NCBI GenBank assembly: GCA_011056555.1
Contig: DSEQ01000021.1
Coordinates: 1 to 64,000 of the forward strand
DNA: 64,000 nucleotides
Direction: 5' to 3'
Origin: Candidatus Zixiibacteriota bacterium
Lineage (GTDB): Bacteria > Zixibacteria > MSB-5A5 > JAABVY01
The translations under genes were made by a program, and so were the position numbers. Below the pieces are notes generated by a model, which saw nothing but the letters and a program-made list of their open reading frames with translations, was not told the origin of the DNA and ran no database searches. Shown piece after piece: positions 38,567-48,402 of the stretch (the stretch's first letter is position 1; each line of letters begins with the position of its first letter).

Positions 38567-40374
38567 GCCAATCCCTCCGGAAACAATACTTCTTGTTTGG
38601 CCCGAACTTGCCGCCCGGGCAGATAGTCGATTACTTCGAATGTATTGTGCAGCCGCCCCATGTAGTTGTTGAAAGCCCCGCCGCCTTCTGTGTATCCAAG
38701 ATTTTTGGCCAGATCCTCCCTGCTTATGCTCTCCGGATAGATTTGAATCAGATACTCGAGGATCTTCTGCAGGGGGCCTTGCTTTATGATCTTAAGCCAC
38801 CCCTGATGCAGCTCCTCAACTCCGGCAATCGCTTCGACCTCTCCCGCGACTCCTCTTCCTGACTCGGTCAGCTCTACTTTACCGGCTTCCGGATAATCAA
38901 TATGGCCATTCGACCGGAGCCTGCCGAGAAGATTATTGAATGCCCCGCCCTTGGGGCTGTATTGAGCTTTTGCCGCAACCATTTCCTTGCTGGGCTTATC
39001 TATTCCGAGCGCCTCGAATGAGGCTATAGCCTCGAGGATTCGCCGTTGAGGATTAGATAGATCAGAACCTTGTGTCATAGCTGAGTTCCTGATGGGCCTC
39101 GGAAATGCTCGTTTCTCAGTTCTCGGTTTGGCGCCACAATCCGCTGTCTCGCACTGCATGATATGGTGCATTTCATTCCCGCGACCGGATGTGAGATTTT
39201 CTATATGCTCAAAAAGCTCTGCAGGCCTTAGAGATAATCCGGTCAGCTTTTCAATATCTTTGAGGATATTGCAGCTTAATAGATGTATCCCCTGCAACTG
39301 ACCTTCAAGTTTTTTAGCTGCACTATCCAGTTCTTCCTGTAGATGCCTGATTTGGCTTTTCTGAGCCTGAATAATCGGCTCATGATTACATGGCACTGGT
39401 ACCTCTTTTTTAAGCAGCGTATTCTCGCGTTTAAGCGAAGCCAGTTCCTTCTTCAGCTCAATCATATCTTTGGCACGCTTCTCTGCCTGATGAGGGATAT
39501 CCGCAAGCTTCTCAATCAGTTGCTTGATCTTGCCAGTAGCCTCTGGATGCGTTTCAACATGCTGCGTGCCGATCCTCGGGTGGGATGATTCAACATCACC
39601 GACTTTAACCAGGACAATATCGTTGACGGGAACATATCCCTGTGAACCCTCATGTATACGGAAGGCCGGACCATATAAGTGAAATTCTCCGGGCTGTAGC
39701 TTCCGGAGCGCCAGGCTCTCTTCCCTTGAAACAAATCCCAGCTCATCAACCGCCCTTTTGCGATCGATATCCTGAATTGTTCGGCCGATCATCTTATTGC
39801 CAAGTTCCGCAGCTGCGTCTTTGTTGAGCTTGGCCAGTCTCTGTGTGGCCATTATTGTACAAATTCCCCGCTTTCGCCCTCGAGTTGCCAGATCTATCAC
39901 CGCGGAAGCTGATTCGGCTTTACCCTTTTCAGGACAGATTAAATGTGCCTCATCCAACACAACCAAAACCGGATGCCGGTATCTCCGAGGAGCGCTTATT
40001 AGGGCCTCAGAAAATGCTTTTACATACGCGATTCGCTCATGCTTCTTGAGTTCGTACAGATCAAATATGCAGGATGCATTGAACTCGAGGAGCTTCAATG
40101 CCAGAAGTTTAACTGATTTTAGTTCGGCGGGAATATCTCCACCCTTGCCCGCAATGATATAATCGAATTTCTCCCTGAGTGTATGAAACTCACCTTCCAG
40201 ATCGATTACCAGCTGCTGGATCCTGCCATATGATTGTTCCAGGATCCTCCGAACGAGCCAGGACTTCCCTGCCCCACTCATCGCCTGAATCATAAGCCGG
40301 GTTTCGGTTAATGTTGCCAGATCCAGGGTAACGGTTTTATTATCATGCAATCCGAGATTTATCATCTTTGCCAA
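38563..40374 (-). CDS. HerA/FtsK-like P-loop ATPase with C-terminal tandem wHTH-like repeats
   Basis: Walker A AMSGAGKSW, Walker B VLVVLDEAH, ATQRL motif; two C-terminal repeats containing GGAFNN. Confidence 0.5.
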   Translation of the reverse strand: MAKMINLGLHDNKTVTLDLATLTETRLMIQAMSGAGKSWLVRRILEQSYGRIQQLVIDLEGEFHTLREKFDYIIAGKGGDIPAELKSVKLLALKLLEFNASCIFDLYELKKHERIAYVKAFSEALISAPRRYRHPVLVVLDEAHLICPEKGKAESASAVIDLATRGRKRGICTIMATQRLAKLNKDAAAELGNKMIGRTIQDIDRKRAVDELGFVSREESLALRKLQPGEFHLYGPAFRIHEGSQGYVPVNDIVLVKVGDVESSHPRIGTQHVETHPEATGKIKQLIEKLADIPHQAEKRAKDMIELKKELASLKRENTLLKKEVPVPCNHEPIIQAQKSQIRHLQEELDSAAKKLEGQLQGIHLLSCNILKDIEKLTGLSLRPAELFEHIENLTSGRGNEMHHIMQCETADCGAKPRTEKRAFPRPIRNSAMTQGSDLSNPQRRILEAIASFEALGIDKPSKEMVAAKAQYSPKGGAFNNLLGRLRSNGHIDYPEAGKVELTESGRGVAGEVEAIAGVEELHQGWLKIIKQGPLQKILEYLIQIYPESISREDLAKNLGYTEGGGAFNNYMGRLHNTFEVIDYLPGRQVRAKQEVLFPEGLA

Positions 40375-40468
40375 TTGTTAGATTGTTAAATTTAACCAGC
40401 TCCCCGGGATGGGGTGACGATATGTGAAAGGGGGCCATACCGCGAACCGGGGAGCTGCAGAATTCTAT

Positions 40469-41086
40469 TTAACTCGGTAATCCCATACTGGCCTGGGACT
40501 GGCCCTCCGAGTGCTTCAAAATAATCTGATCAATTTTGTCAAGCCTGGCTTTGAGCTGCTTCTCGGTAAGCCGCTTCTTTTTATCCTCGGCTTCAATTTT
40601 GTGCATGGCTTTCTGGGCTTCTGATATTTTGTTCACTTCCTCCGAGAAGGCCAGCTCCTCCAGTCTCCGGCGCTGGTCCGATTTGTCACTGGGTGTCAAA
40701 GGCGGATATAAAAGCTTATCGATTTCATCCACCCTGGCGCTGAATGCCGCGGCAGTGAGCTTCTCCTTGGAATCATCTTCCTTGAGCTTTTTGATCAACT
40801 CCTGGACCTTCTTGTTTTTCCTGGCGGCTTTGTCCTGTTCGAAATCAATCAGCCTGACTTCGGCGGCAGTACGTTTAAACAGATCCCTCTGCTCTTTATC
40901 CAGAGGTTTGATTTCCACCGAGCAGTTGACTTCCTCGGCCAGATCGATAAGCCCGTTGGCGTCCAGATGGCGGTTCTCGCTCCGCAAGAACTCGAATTCG
41001 AAGCACCCGACCATTCTCTCTTTGTCGCCGATCTTCTTGAGTTTGAATTTCGGCGGGCTGATACTGCCTTTCAATTTGAATGACAT
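40469..41086 (-). CDS. Lys/Glu-rich coiled-coil protein
   Basis: 205 aa. Confidence 0.35.
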   Translation of the reverse strand: MSFKLKGSISPPKFKLKKIGDKERMVGCFEFEFLRSENRHLDANGLIDLAEEVNCSVEIKPLDKEQRDLFKRTAAEVRLIDFEQDKAARKNKKVQELIKKLKEDDSKEKLTAAAFSARVDEIDKLLYPPLTPSDKSDQRRRLEELAFSEEVNKISEAQKAMHKIEAEDKKKRLTEKQLKARLDKIDQIILKHSEGQSQASMGLPS

Positions 41087-41180
41087 TTGTCCTCCATGAT
41101 TTTGGTTTATTTATAATAAAAAAATTCCTTTTAATATCTTCGCTGCCAGAAGCAGAACCAGCAAGATTCCCGCCACCAGG

Positions 41181-41438
41181 CTACGGCTCATTCGGAACCG
41201 GTTCCTTCTTATTGTTCTCAATCCGGGTCCTCCGCTTTTCGCGCTCATTGAAAAAGTTGACCATTGCTATCGTGTTATCAATAGAGTTGAGATCGGTCAC
41301 CCGCTCATTATGCACCCGGTTGACCTGGGGCGGTATCAGGTTCTGGGTGAGAATTTCATCTTCATAATAGTGACGGCGCTTGATCTTGAGTTCCGCCAGG
41401 TACACCATCACTTCCTCTCCGGAAATATTAACTGTCAT
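41181..41438 (-). CDS. hypothetical protein
   Basis: 85 aa. Confidence 0.3.
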   Translation of the reverse strand: MTVNISGEEVMVYLAELKIKRRHYYEDEILTQNLIPPQVNRVHNERVTDLNSIDNTIAMVNFFNEREKRRTRIENNKKEPVPNEP

Positions 41439-41698
41439 ACTTGCACTCCTACGCCATCAAGTATTAAATGTGAGACCGGCAGCCAGAAGACATATCTGTC
41501 TTTGCGACAGAGCGCTTTCCCGGTGGTTTCATCCAGTCCCACAATTTCGGCTTCGCAATCTATCAATGGGCGTTTGACTGAATCGCATGCGCTGCTGAGC
41601 AGCTCGAATTCGTCCATTGAATCAATCAGAACACGATCGCCCACTATAGGAAGTGCTGCATATTCTTCCTGCTTTTCCGATACATATTTCCATTTCAT
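41435..41698 (-). CDS. hypothetical protein
   Basis: 87 aa; start may be internal because it overlaps the next gene. Confidence 0.3.
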   Translation of the reverse strand: MKWKYVSEKQEEYAALPIVGDRVLIDSMDEFELLSSACDSVKRPLIDCEAEIVGLDETTGKALCRKDRYVFWLPVSHLILDGVGVQV

Positions 41699-41852
41699 TC
41701 ATATCCACCTTTCCGGCCTTCTTTGTTGTGGCCTTTTTTGCAATCATAGGCGAGAAGCAGAGATCGCATGTTGGCATGCCTTCATGGGCATGGGTTAGAA
41801 TCTTCTCATGTCCGCAGTTTATGCATTTAACGGTTAATCCAAATTTCACCAT
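41622..41852 (-). CDS. zinc-finger protein
   Basis: CINCGHEK...CDLC. Confidence 0.3.
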   Translation of the reverse strand: MVKFGLTVKCINCGHEKILTHAHEGMPTCDLCFSPMIAKKATTKKAGKVDMNEMEICIGKAGRICSTSYSGRSCSD

Positions 41853-41867
41853 ATCGATAAACCTCTC

Positions 41868-42086
41868 TCAATCTATAATTTCACCGCTGCTCTTTCGCGC
41901 CGCAGCTTTGGCTTCCTCTATACTCTTGGCGATACCTGAATGCAGCCTGCCCTTATGGTCGCGATAATCCCACTGCACCCTTAGCTCATAGTTGAAAAGT
42001 GCGGAGCGGAATTCCTCATAGGCGAACTGGCCCCGCTCATGCGTGGTTGTGCAGCCGTTTTTATTCAACTTGCTTTGACTCATCAA
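41868..42086 (-). CDS. hypothetical protein
   Basis: 72 aa; 4-nt overlap with the SbcCD-fusion gene. Confidence 0.3.
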   Translation of the reverse strand: MMSQSKLNKNGCTTTHERGQFAYEEFRSALFNYELRVQWDYRDHKGRLHSGIAKSIEEAKAAARKSSGEIID

Positions 42087-45000
42087 TAGACCTCCTTCAA
42101 ATTTCCGCTTGCGGTATCATAGATGATTTTCTGCTCGCACTGGTCGGCCAGTTCTTTGCGATGGGTGACCAGCAGGAGCTTATCCAGGCGGCCCAGCTGC
42201 ATGCGTTTCTGAAGCATGTTAAATAGTGCCGAGGCTCGGAAGTCCCGCAGGGCTCCATCGCATTCATCCACCATGGCGAACTTGGGCTCAAAGCCCGACT
42301 GCTGAGCGCGATAGATTGAGACGGCGGCCTGCATGGCCACAATAAAGGGCACCTTCTGACCGCCCGAGAGGAGCCTGATTGGTCGCTCCCCCTGCTCATC
42401 GATCACAATGATATCAAGCGTCTCAATCTGGCCTTTTCCGGAGGCCTTATCCTTGACCGTGTCAAAACGAATTTGCCAGGATGACCCGAACTCGGAGAGC
42501 AGATCGTTGGCCAGGGATGATATCTGCGGCAGTGCATTTTCCAGAAGCAGGGCAGGAATACCGTTGCGACTGAAAGCAGTCTGCAGCAAAACATAATCGG
42601 AATAGTCGGCCTTCTTGGAAGCGTGCTTCTTCTCAGTTTCCTTAATTCGCTCCTCCAGCTCGAGCAGTTCCTTTATCTTTGCTTCTGCCGCGGCTTTGGC
42701 CTTCTCAGCCTCCAGAATCCGGGTCTCCTGGGATTCAATACGAGACTTTATTATTCTGATATCATGATTGCATTCACGAATTTCCTCCGCGAGATGGATG
42801 TCGATCTGTTTCTCGAGCTCATCACGTTTTGCTCTTAGCCCGCTCATCTGCTGGGAGAATTCCGGAATGAGCTTATCATACTCTCCCTGCTGGTACGCCA
42901 GAGATTCTCGGGCTTCCTTGAGTTGATCGGCCAGCTGTTCGGCTCGGGCCAGGGCTATGTCCAGACTCGATTTGGCAGGGCCCCAATCAGTTTTCCGGGC
43001 CTTCTCTGGAAAGCCTTCATAATCCAGGCGCAGTACCTCTGTTTCCTCTTCCAGCTTACTCAAAGACTTGCGCAGTGAATCGAGTTTATCCTCGTGCTCA
43101 CCCTCCAGGCTCTGTTTCTCTTTGGCCAGGTCCTTCAGATTATCTACCAGGGGCTTTAGGCTTTTGGAAGCATCAACCGCCGAGGAAATGAGCGGGCACT
43201 TGGAGCAGAGGTCGATGACCTCGGCGATCAGTTCATCTGTGAAGGATCTCCATTCCTGGACATCACCGCTGTAGAACTCTTTTGCGTTAAATTGCTGGCA
43301 GGGCACGTTCTCGAGCCTTTCGGCCAGCTCCTCATTCTGTTTGATCTCGGCTTCAGTGCGCTGAATCTGGTCCTCAATGTTTTTCAGATTCGATGCTTGC
43401 AGGCTCTCAACCTGGCGCAGGTCGCGCCGGGCGGCAGAGATTTCAGCTTCCTTCTTTTCGATCCGTGCCTTTAATTCCTGAGCCTCCTTCGAAAGCTTCA
43501 CCATTTCCTCGATCTTATCCCGGCGCTCGATTAAGTCCTTGTCCTTCTGGATGTCAGCATAGAGTCTCCCGATTTTCATCTCCTGCTTGGCCTTCCAGGC
43601 CTGGAATTTGTTTTGAGTTCTGATCTTCCTGGTGGACAGTTCCTCCAGCTGCTGATCGAGGTCGGCAATCTGCTTTTTAACAGATTCCTGAGTTGCGGCC
43701 TTTTTCTCGCGCTCCTTCAATTTAAACTCGAGCTCCTCCAGTTCCGATGTTGCCAGGAACTTATTAGCCTTATGCTCGGCGATAGCCTTCTGCTGTTTCT
43801 CAAGCTCAGCATCAAACTCCGGTATGAACTCCAGGGCCCGCCGATCTTCCGAAAGCTTCGCTTCCGTTAAGCTGATTTCATTCTGGAGGGCCTGGGCGGA
43901 CTCCTTGGCCTTTTCAGCAATCGCCTGATACTCCGTGAAACCCAAAAAGTCGTAGAACATGTCTTTCAGCTCAGCATTGGTCTTGTTAATCAGACCGTTC
44001 GTACCCTGAACCTGGTAGACGCCTTGCTGAAATAATTCGGGCGAGCCGAAGAGCTCCAGCACGACCCGCTTATAGGAAGGTTTTTTGCCATCATTCAAGG
44101 TGGTCCAGTCTTCGCCGTCCAATCGATAAGCGTAATATTCAGCTTTGCCGCGGACCCCATCCACTACCAGAAGGAACATATAATCAATTCCGTCTATGCT
44201 GACCACCAGCTCGCGGCAGGAATCCTCCAGCCTGAAGTGGTCGGAGAGCTTGGCGTTCCAGTTCAGGCCGTCATAGTAAAAGCTGAAGGGATAGGGATGC
44301 AGGTTGTCAAAAGTGGTTGATTTTCCGGCTCCGTTATCTCCGTCGAAGAGAATCATGTCGCTGTTGAATTTTTCAAAGTCGATCTTGATCTCATCAGTCC
44401 AGGTGATCCCTTTGGAACCGCGCAGCCTGAGTGATTTGAGACGGATGGTGCCCCGGGCGGTAAGCCCGGCGTCATCCTCCAGCACCAGCTCGCTCTGTAG
44501 CTTGTGGAGCTTGGCCGGTATGTCTTCCGCCAGATCTGTTTCGGTCGTCTCTGCCCAGGCCTTCAGGCGCTCCAGATTCGTTATCGCTTCGTTGATGACC
44601 TCGCACCTCTGGCGGCTCTGAGGTTTGATGATCTTCTCGAATTTGACCGAATTGGGGTGCAGGTCGTTCCAGCTCAGCCATTTCTTGATATGATCTTCAT
44701 TGACCAGGTCCTTGGCTTCCGGGGGCATGTGCAAGCGGATCCTGGTGTCGGCCTGATTGCAGCCATGGGGATTGAAGTCTGGAAAGCCGGCCGGGCCGCC
44801 GGTCTTTTTGTCCAGAAATCTAAAAGGCTGGTCGTCGCTGTCTTCGGGGTAATAAATGAGATCAAAATCGACCATGGCCGGGAACGGTGTCGGAATCCGC
44901 TCCAGCTGCAGAATCTCATGCCGATTGACTTCGGCATAGAGCACGGATTTCTGCTCCTTCTCACCCCAGTTATGAGGGAAGGGACTGCCCGAATAAAAGA

Positions 45001-45724
45001 TGTTCTCCCCGATCTGCTGCGGCTTATGAATGTGACCGAGGCAGTTTATGACTGCCCCGGCCTCTCGGATGTCGGTGGTAGATATAACAATATCACCACC
45101 AGTCATAACCTGGCCGGTCGGTGTTTCACTGCCATAGACAGTAAAGTGGCCGAGAAGTAAAGGGATGAATTCGGGATGGCGAGTCGCGAACCGTGCCATT
45201 TCGGCTCGGAATCCCAGAAACAGTTCTCGCACCAAACCGGCCGCTTCAACATCAGCCCGATCCGGAGAAAGATCAAGACCTCTGGACTTCGCCCAGGTCA
45301 TAAGCCCGGACTTGGTCACTCCAGGAATAGGAAATACTGCAAGATTTCCCCGCTCTTTCCTTTTTATATCGATGCACATCGAAAAAAGCTCCGGCCTGTC
45401 CAAAACAAATATCTGCCTCTCGGTATGCAGGCTCTTGAAGATATTCAATGAACCCGGCCGATCATGGGAAGGTGTGCCAGGTATCATGTAAACGTCCTGG
45501 AGCATTGCCAGGCGCCGAATATATCTGATCACCATATACAAGGGGCTGTTTTCATTAACCGCAACTTCCCCGTCCCAGATATCGCCGGGAATAACTACAA
45601 TGTCCGGCTCCTTATCTTCTGCGACCTGCAGGGCAAACTCAAAGAACTTTTCGACCTTATCCAGATTATCGCGGCGGGCATGCAGATCGGCAAAGTGGAT
45701 CAGCTTCAATTTATTTTCTGCCAT
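42083..45724 (-). CDS. fused SbcD(Mre11)-SbcC(Rad50)-like nuclease/ATPase
   Basis: N-terminal calcineurin-like phosphoesterase motifs FADLHAR, PGDIWDG, GTPSHD, CLGHIHKP; then Walker A DGDNGAGKST, long coiled coils, signature LSGGQKVP, Walker B MVDECDGAL, H-loop LLLVTHRK. Confidence 0.7.
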   Translation of the reverse strand: MAENKLKLIHFADLHARRDNLDKVEKFFEFALQVAEDKEPDIVVIPGDIWDGEVAVNENSPLYMVIRYIRRLAMLQDVYMIPGTPSHDRPGSLNIFKSLHTERQIFVLDRPELFSMCIDIKRKERGNLAVFPIPGVTKSGLMTWAKSRGLDLSPDRADVEAAGLVRELFLGFRAEMARFATRHPEFIPLLLGHFTVYGSETPTGQVMTGGDIVISTTDIREAGAVINCLGHIHKPQQIGENIFYSGSPFPHNWGEKEQKSVLYAEVNRHEILQLERIPTPFPAMVDFDLIYYPEDSDDQPFRFLDKKTGGPAGFPDFNPHGCNQADTRIRLHMPPEAKDLVNEDHIKKWLSWNDLHPNSVKFEKIIKPQSRQRCEVINEAITNLERLKAWAETTETDLAEDIPAKLHKLQSELVLEDDAGLTARGTIRLKSLRLRGSKGITWTDEIKIDFEKFNSDMILFDGDNGAGKSTTFDNLHPYPFSFYYDGLNWNAKLSDHFRLEDSCRELVVSIDGIDYMFLLVVDGVRGKAEYYAYRLDGEDWTTLNDGKKPSYKRVVLELFGSPELFQQGVYQVQGTNGLINKTNAELKDMFYDFLGFTEYQAIAEKAKESAQALQNEISLTEAKLSEDRRALEFIPEFDAELEKQQKAIAEHKANKFLATSELEELEFKLKEREKKAATQESVKKQIADLDQQLEELSTRKIRTQNKFQAWKAKQEMKIGRLYADIQKDKDLIERRDKIEEMVKLSKEAQELKARIEKKEAEISAARRDLRQVESLQASNLKNIEDQIQRTEAEIKQNEELAERLENVPCQQFNAKEFYSGDVQEWRSFTDELIAEVIDLCSKCPLISSAVDASKSLKPLVDNLKDLAKEKQSLEGEHEDKLDSLRKSLSKLEEETEVLRLDYEGFPEKARKTDWGPAKSSLDIALARAEQLADQLKEARESLAYQQGEYDKLIPEFSQQMSGLRAKRDELEKQIDIHLAEEIRECNHDIRIIKSRIESQETRILEAEKAKAAAEAKIKELLELEERIKETEKKHASKKADYSDYVLLQTAFSRNGIPALLLENALPQISSLANDLLSEFGSSWQIRFDTVKDKASGKGQIETLDIIVIDEQGERPIRLLSGGQKVPFIVAMQAAVSIYRAQQSGFEPKFAMVDECDGALRDFRASALFNMLQKRMQLGRLDKLLLVTHRKELADQCEQKIIYDTASGNLKEVY

Positions 45725-46655
45725 GCTCGGCCTCCTGGTTGAGAAGGTACTGGTAGAAGCCCCGCAGGTTCGGTTCGGTCATATCGTCCAGGGGCTGAGG
45801 AGGTTTCTTGCCGAGCTGTTGGCAGAGCCTTTTGATTTCGGCCTTGACCTCGAGAAGATCGGCTCTCTGTGATTTGGGTTTGGGAGAGGCCTTTTGGGGC
45901 TTTGTCTCGGACCCGGCAGGCTCCTCCTCTGACCTTCTCAAGACCGTGCTCTCAGTTATTTCCGGCTCCTCCGTGCGCCCTTTGCCATACAGGCGGTCGG
46001 CCGCATGCTGGCCCCGCTCCATCAACAGTTTGGCGTGCAGGGGGTTGTTCATATCCCATTCCGGCATCAGCCTTCCGGCCACAAAAGGCCGGCCCAGCTC
46101 CTTCGGCAAAAAGGAGCTGGGAATGCCGAACTCTTTCTTGACCGCCCGGGCCATCGCGCCGGAGATACAGCGCTCCACTGCAAATTCAATCCGTTTGGCA
46201 ATATCCGCCTTGGAAAGGCCTGTGGCCTCCAGGCTTTTGCGGTCGATGGATTTACTGTTGGTGACGATCTTCAGGTCGCCGGTCATGTCTATGTACTGCC
46301 CCCAGACAGTGGCCCTGACCGCCAGAAGCTCATAGCTCTCGGGCTGGCGCTCTTTGGTGATGTGCGTCTTAAACCAGTTGATTCCGGCGGCGTTACCGAT
46401 CTTGATTAAAGCCTGGGAGCTGGGAGAGATTCGGCCGCTCTGTTTAGGGGTAGGATAAAAGTCGCCCTTTTTCTCATCCTCCACGTTGAGCTTGATCGTA
46501 CTTAAGACGATCTTGTGCCCTGGTGGAAGGTATTGAATCACCCGGGCGGGCATGGCCAGATTGAACTGGTCCTCCGGGAATTCTTTCAGTAATTGAACCG
46601 GCCCCTCGTCCAGAGTTCGCTCACTGATTACGGTTGGATAATTTTTGGTTGACAT
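45711..46655 (-). CDS. hypothetical protein, possibly recombination-associated
   Basis: 314 aa immediately upstream of and overlapping the SbcCD-fusion gene; no diagnostic motif. Confidence 0.3.
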   Translation of the reverse strand: MSTKNYPTVISERTLDEGPVQLLKEFPEDQFNLAMPARVIQYLPPGHKIVLSTIKLNVEDEKKGDFYPTPKQSGRISPSSQALIKIGNAAGINWFKTHITKERQPESYELLAVRATVWGQYIDMTGDLKIVTNSKSIDRKSLEATGLSKADIAKRIEFAVERCISGAMARAVKKEFGIPSSFLPKELGRPFVAGRLMPEWDMNNPLHAKLLMERGQHAADRLYGKGRTEEPEITESTVLRRSEEEPAGSETKPQKASPKPKSQRADLLEVKAEIKRLCQQLGKKPPQPLDDMTEPNLRGFYQYLLNQEAEHGRK

Positions 46656-46700
46656 CCGAGTTCTCCTTAATTAATCTGAAAGTGCATCGTAGATCACATT

Positions 46701-47024
46701 TCACTCTTGATGTTTTGTCTCGTGGTCTCTCAGCGATGTTAGATTGCTGCCCGACCGCCCGGTCGGGCAGCTTGTGATCTCATGTTTCTTTTTGTCCCGG
46801 TAGGGTGGAAGATCCAAGACCGGGATTTTTCTGTCTGCAATCATTCCGGCCAGATGCCTGTTTAATTCGTCATTATTCCTGATGAGCTCTTTAATAATTG
46901 GCCGAAGCTGATCGCTTTTATCTCTGCGTCCCTGCTGATACGCTTCTTCCCTAATCTCTTCAAGATGCTTTTTGCTGCAAAGTCTCATATCGATCCTTTC
47001 TAAATCACGAGGCCCCGCCGGCAC
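46701..47024 (-). CDS. hypothetical protein
   Basis: 107 aa. Confidence 0.3.
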   Translation of the reverse strand: MPAGPRDLERIDMRLCSKKHLEEIREEAYQQGRRDKSDQLRPIIKELIRNNDELNRHLAGMIADRKIPVLDLPPYRDKKKHEITSCPTGRSGSNLTSLRDHETKHQE

Positions 47025-47121
47025 ACCTGCTGATCAGACAGACGCATTGCAATTCGGGGCCTCTTTTCCATCACATAGGGTTTATTCTGTTTCAATCCAC
47101 AATCCGGCGAGGGAGGCAACC

Positions 47122-47190
47122 AAAAAAAGAGGCCCCGACAAATTAGATTCCGGAGTATCAGGTAGTATGTTGACACCCATCCGGGGCCTC
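47122..47190 (-). terminator. possible intrinsic terminator/attenuator (10-bp stem, long loop, U7 on the transcribed strand)
   Basis: AGAGGCCCCG at 47128-47137 pairs with CGGGGCCTCT at 47182-47191; A7 tract at 47122-47128 gives U7 on the minus-strand RNA; loop about 44 nt. Confidence 0.25.
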
Positions 47191-47223
47191 TTCCTACAAC
47201 AAAGGAGGGGGTGAACTGCTGAT

Positions 47224-47661
47224 TCATATTCCGGCCTCCCCATTTATCCCCGCGTCAAACAGATTGCCGTTTATAGTCCGGGGAGGTTTTTGAAATTTAT
47301 CTCGATTGGCTTCATAAAGCCGATCCTGATCTCTTATGCGTTTAAGGCAGGCCGCCGTTACCCACTCGCTCTTGGCCCTCGATTCCAGGTGATCGATCGT
47401 GATCTGGATGTCCTCCCTGCTGACGTAATAACCCTTGGATCCGGAGCAGACATAAAAGCCCATCCTTCTCAGGGCGTTCACGCAGGCTCTGATCATGGCC
47501 CCGTTCAGCCCGAGGATCTCCGACATCCTGGTCTGCTTGATTGCATTGTCTCTGCTGCGGTGCTTCTTCAGCAGGGCCCAGACCCGGCGGGCATTCAACT
47601 GAGTACCGCCGGATTCTTCAATGATGTCCCGGTAAATTTCGAAAGGGTCATCCCGGGGCAT
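47224..47661 (-). CDS. winged-helix/HTH DNA-binding protein
   Basis: Start moved to M at 47661 to avoid a 142-nt overlap with the excisionase-like gene; TRMSEILGLNGAMIRACVNALRRMG. Confidence 0.35.
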   Translation of the reverse strand: MPRDDPFEIYRDIIEESGGTQLNARRVWALLKKHRSRDNAIKQTRMSEILGLNGAMIRACVNALRRMGFYVCSGSKGYYVSREDIQITIDHLESRAKSEWVTAACLKRIRDQDRLYEANRDKFQKPPRTINGNLFDAGINGEAGI

Positions 47662-47705
47662 AAGCTCCGAGGCCTTGAAGACTTCCGGTATTTCGACCTG
47701 AATCT

Positions 47706-47915
47706 TCAATATGCATCTCTCCCGTGAATCGGATCCTCCGGGACATAGCATCCATCTATGAATGACTGAATGTCCCGGGCGCGCCACCTGACCGGTCCAC
47801 CCTTGCCGGAGAGCCGAATCACCGGCAGCTTTCCGATCGAGGTCCACTTACGAAGGGTATTCAATTTGATGCCCAGAATCTCGCAGACTTCTTTTGATGT
47901 TAAGAGCTTATCCAT
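47706..47915 (-). CDS. xis: excisionase/AlpA-like HTH protein
   Basis: LLTSKEVCEILGIKLNTLRKWTSIGKLPVIRL...RWRARDIQSFI matches the excisionase-family HTH pattern. Confidence 0.5.
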   Translation of the reverse strand: MDKLLTSKEVCEILGIKLNTLRKWTSIGKLPVIRLSGKGGPVRWRARDIQSFIDGCYVPEDPIHGRDAY

Positions 47916-48143
47916 CTACCATATTCCTTGACAAATAGGAGTCTTGATATATTTTTAAGAAGGAGCCCGGAGAGGCCATTCTCCGGACTCCGCTTCCTCA
48001 ACCTTCCCCCCTCAAGAAATCACTTCTTATGTGTAAGGATTGGGTATGCTTGTTCATGTTCTTAAATCCAGGTCCGGCTTAGAAGGGCTGGGTCGCATTT
48101 CCCGCCGATAAATTATCCGGAGTTCTTTTATGCGTAAATTCCA

Positions 48144-48386
48144 TCATGCTCTAAGTTCGTTATTCTCCTGCTTAGCGCTATTACCTGATGATCGCTTGAT
48201 CTCGCTGTCAGAGGCCTTCGGTGTCATGTCATTCTCGCTTATGACGAGATCGCCATCCGAGTTAATAGTCATTTTTAACCTATTATCTCCTGGCTCGATT
48301 CCTTTTGCTTCAAGCCACCATTTTGGCACATACGCAGCCGTAGGCTGGCTTCCGGCCGAGACATTTATTAATTTTGTCCAATTCAT
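48144..48386 (-). CDS. AbrB/MazE-family (SpoVT/AbrB) DNA-binding protein, Cro-position regulator
   Basis: Start set at MNWTKL; VPKWWLEAKGIEPGDNRLKMTINSDGDLVI swapped-hairpin motif; first gene leftward of the divergent switch region. Confidence 0.4.
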   Translation of the reverse strand: MNWTKLINVSAGSQPTAAYVPKWWLEAKGIEPGDNRLKMTINSDGDLVISENDMTPKASDSEIKRSSGNSAKQENNELRA

Positions 48387-48402
48387 ATATTCTCTTTCAA
48401 TC

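Noticed and set aside
44504-46409. Plus-strand ORFs antisense to the SbcCD-fusion and upstream gene (44504-45160, 45808-46335 and others)
   Set aside because: They overlap a 1213-aa gene with a complete motif set; they are spurious GC-rich frames.
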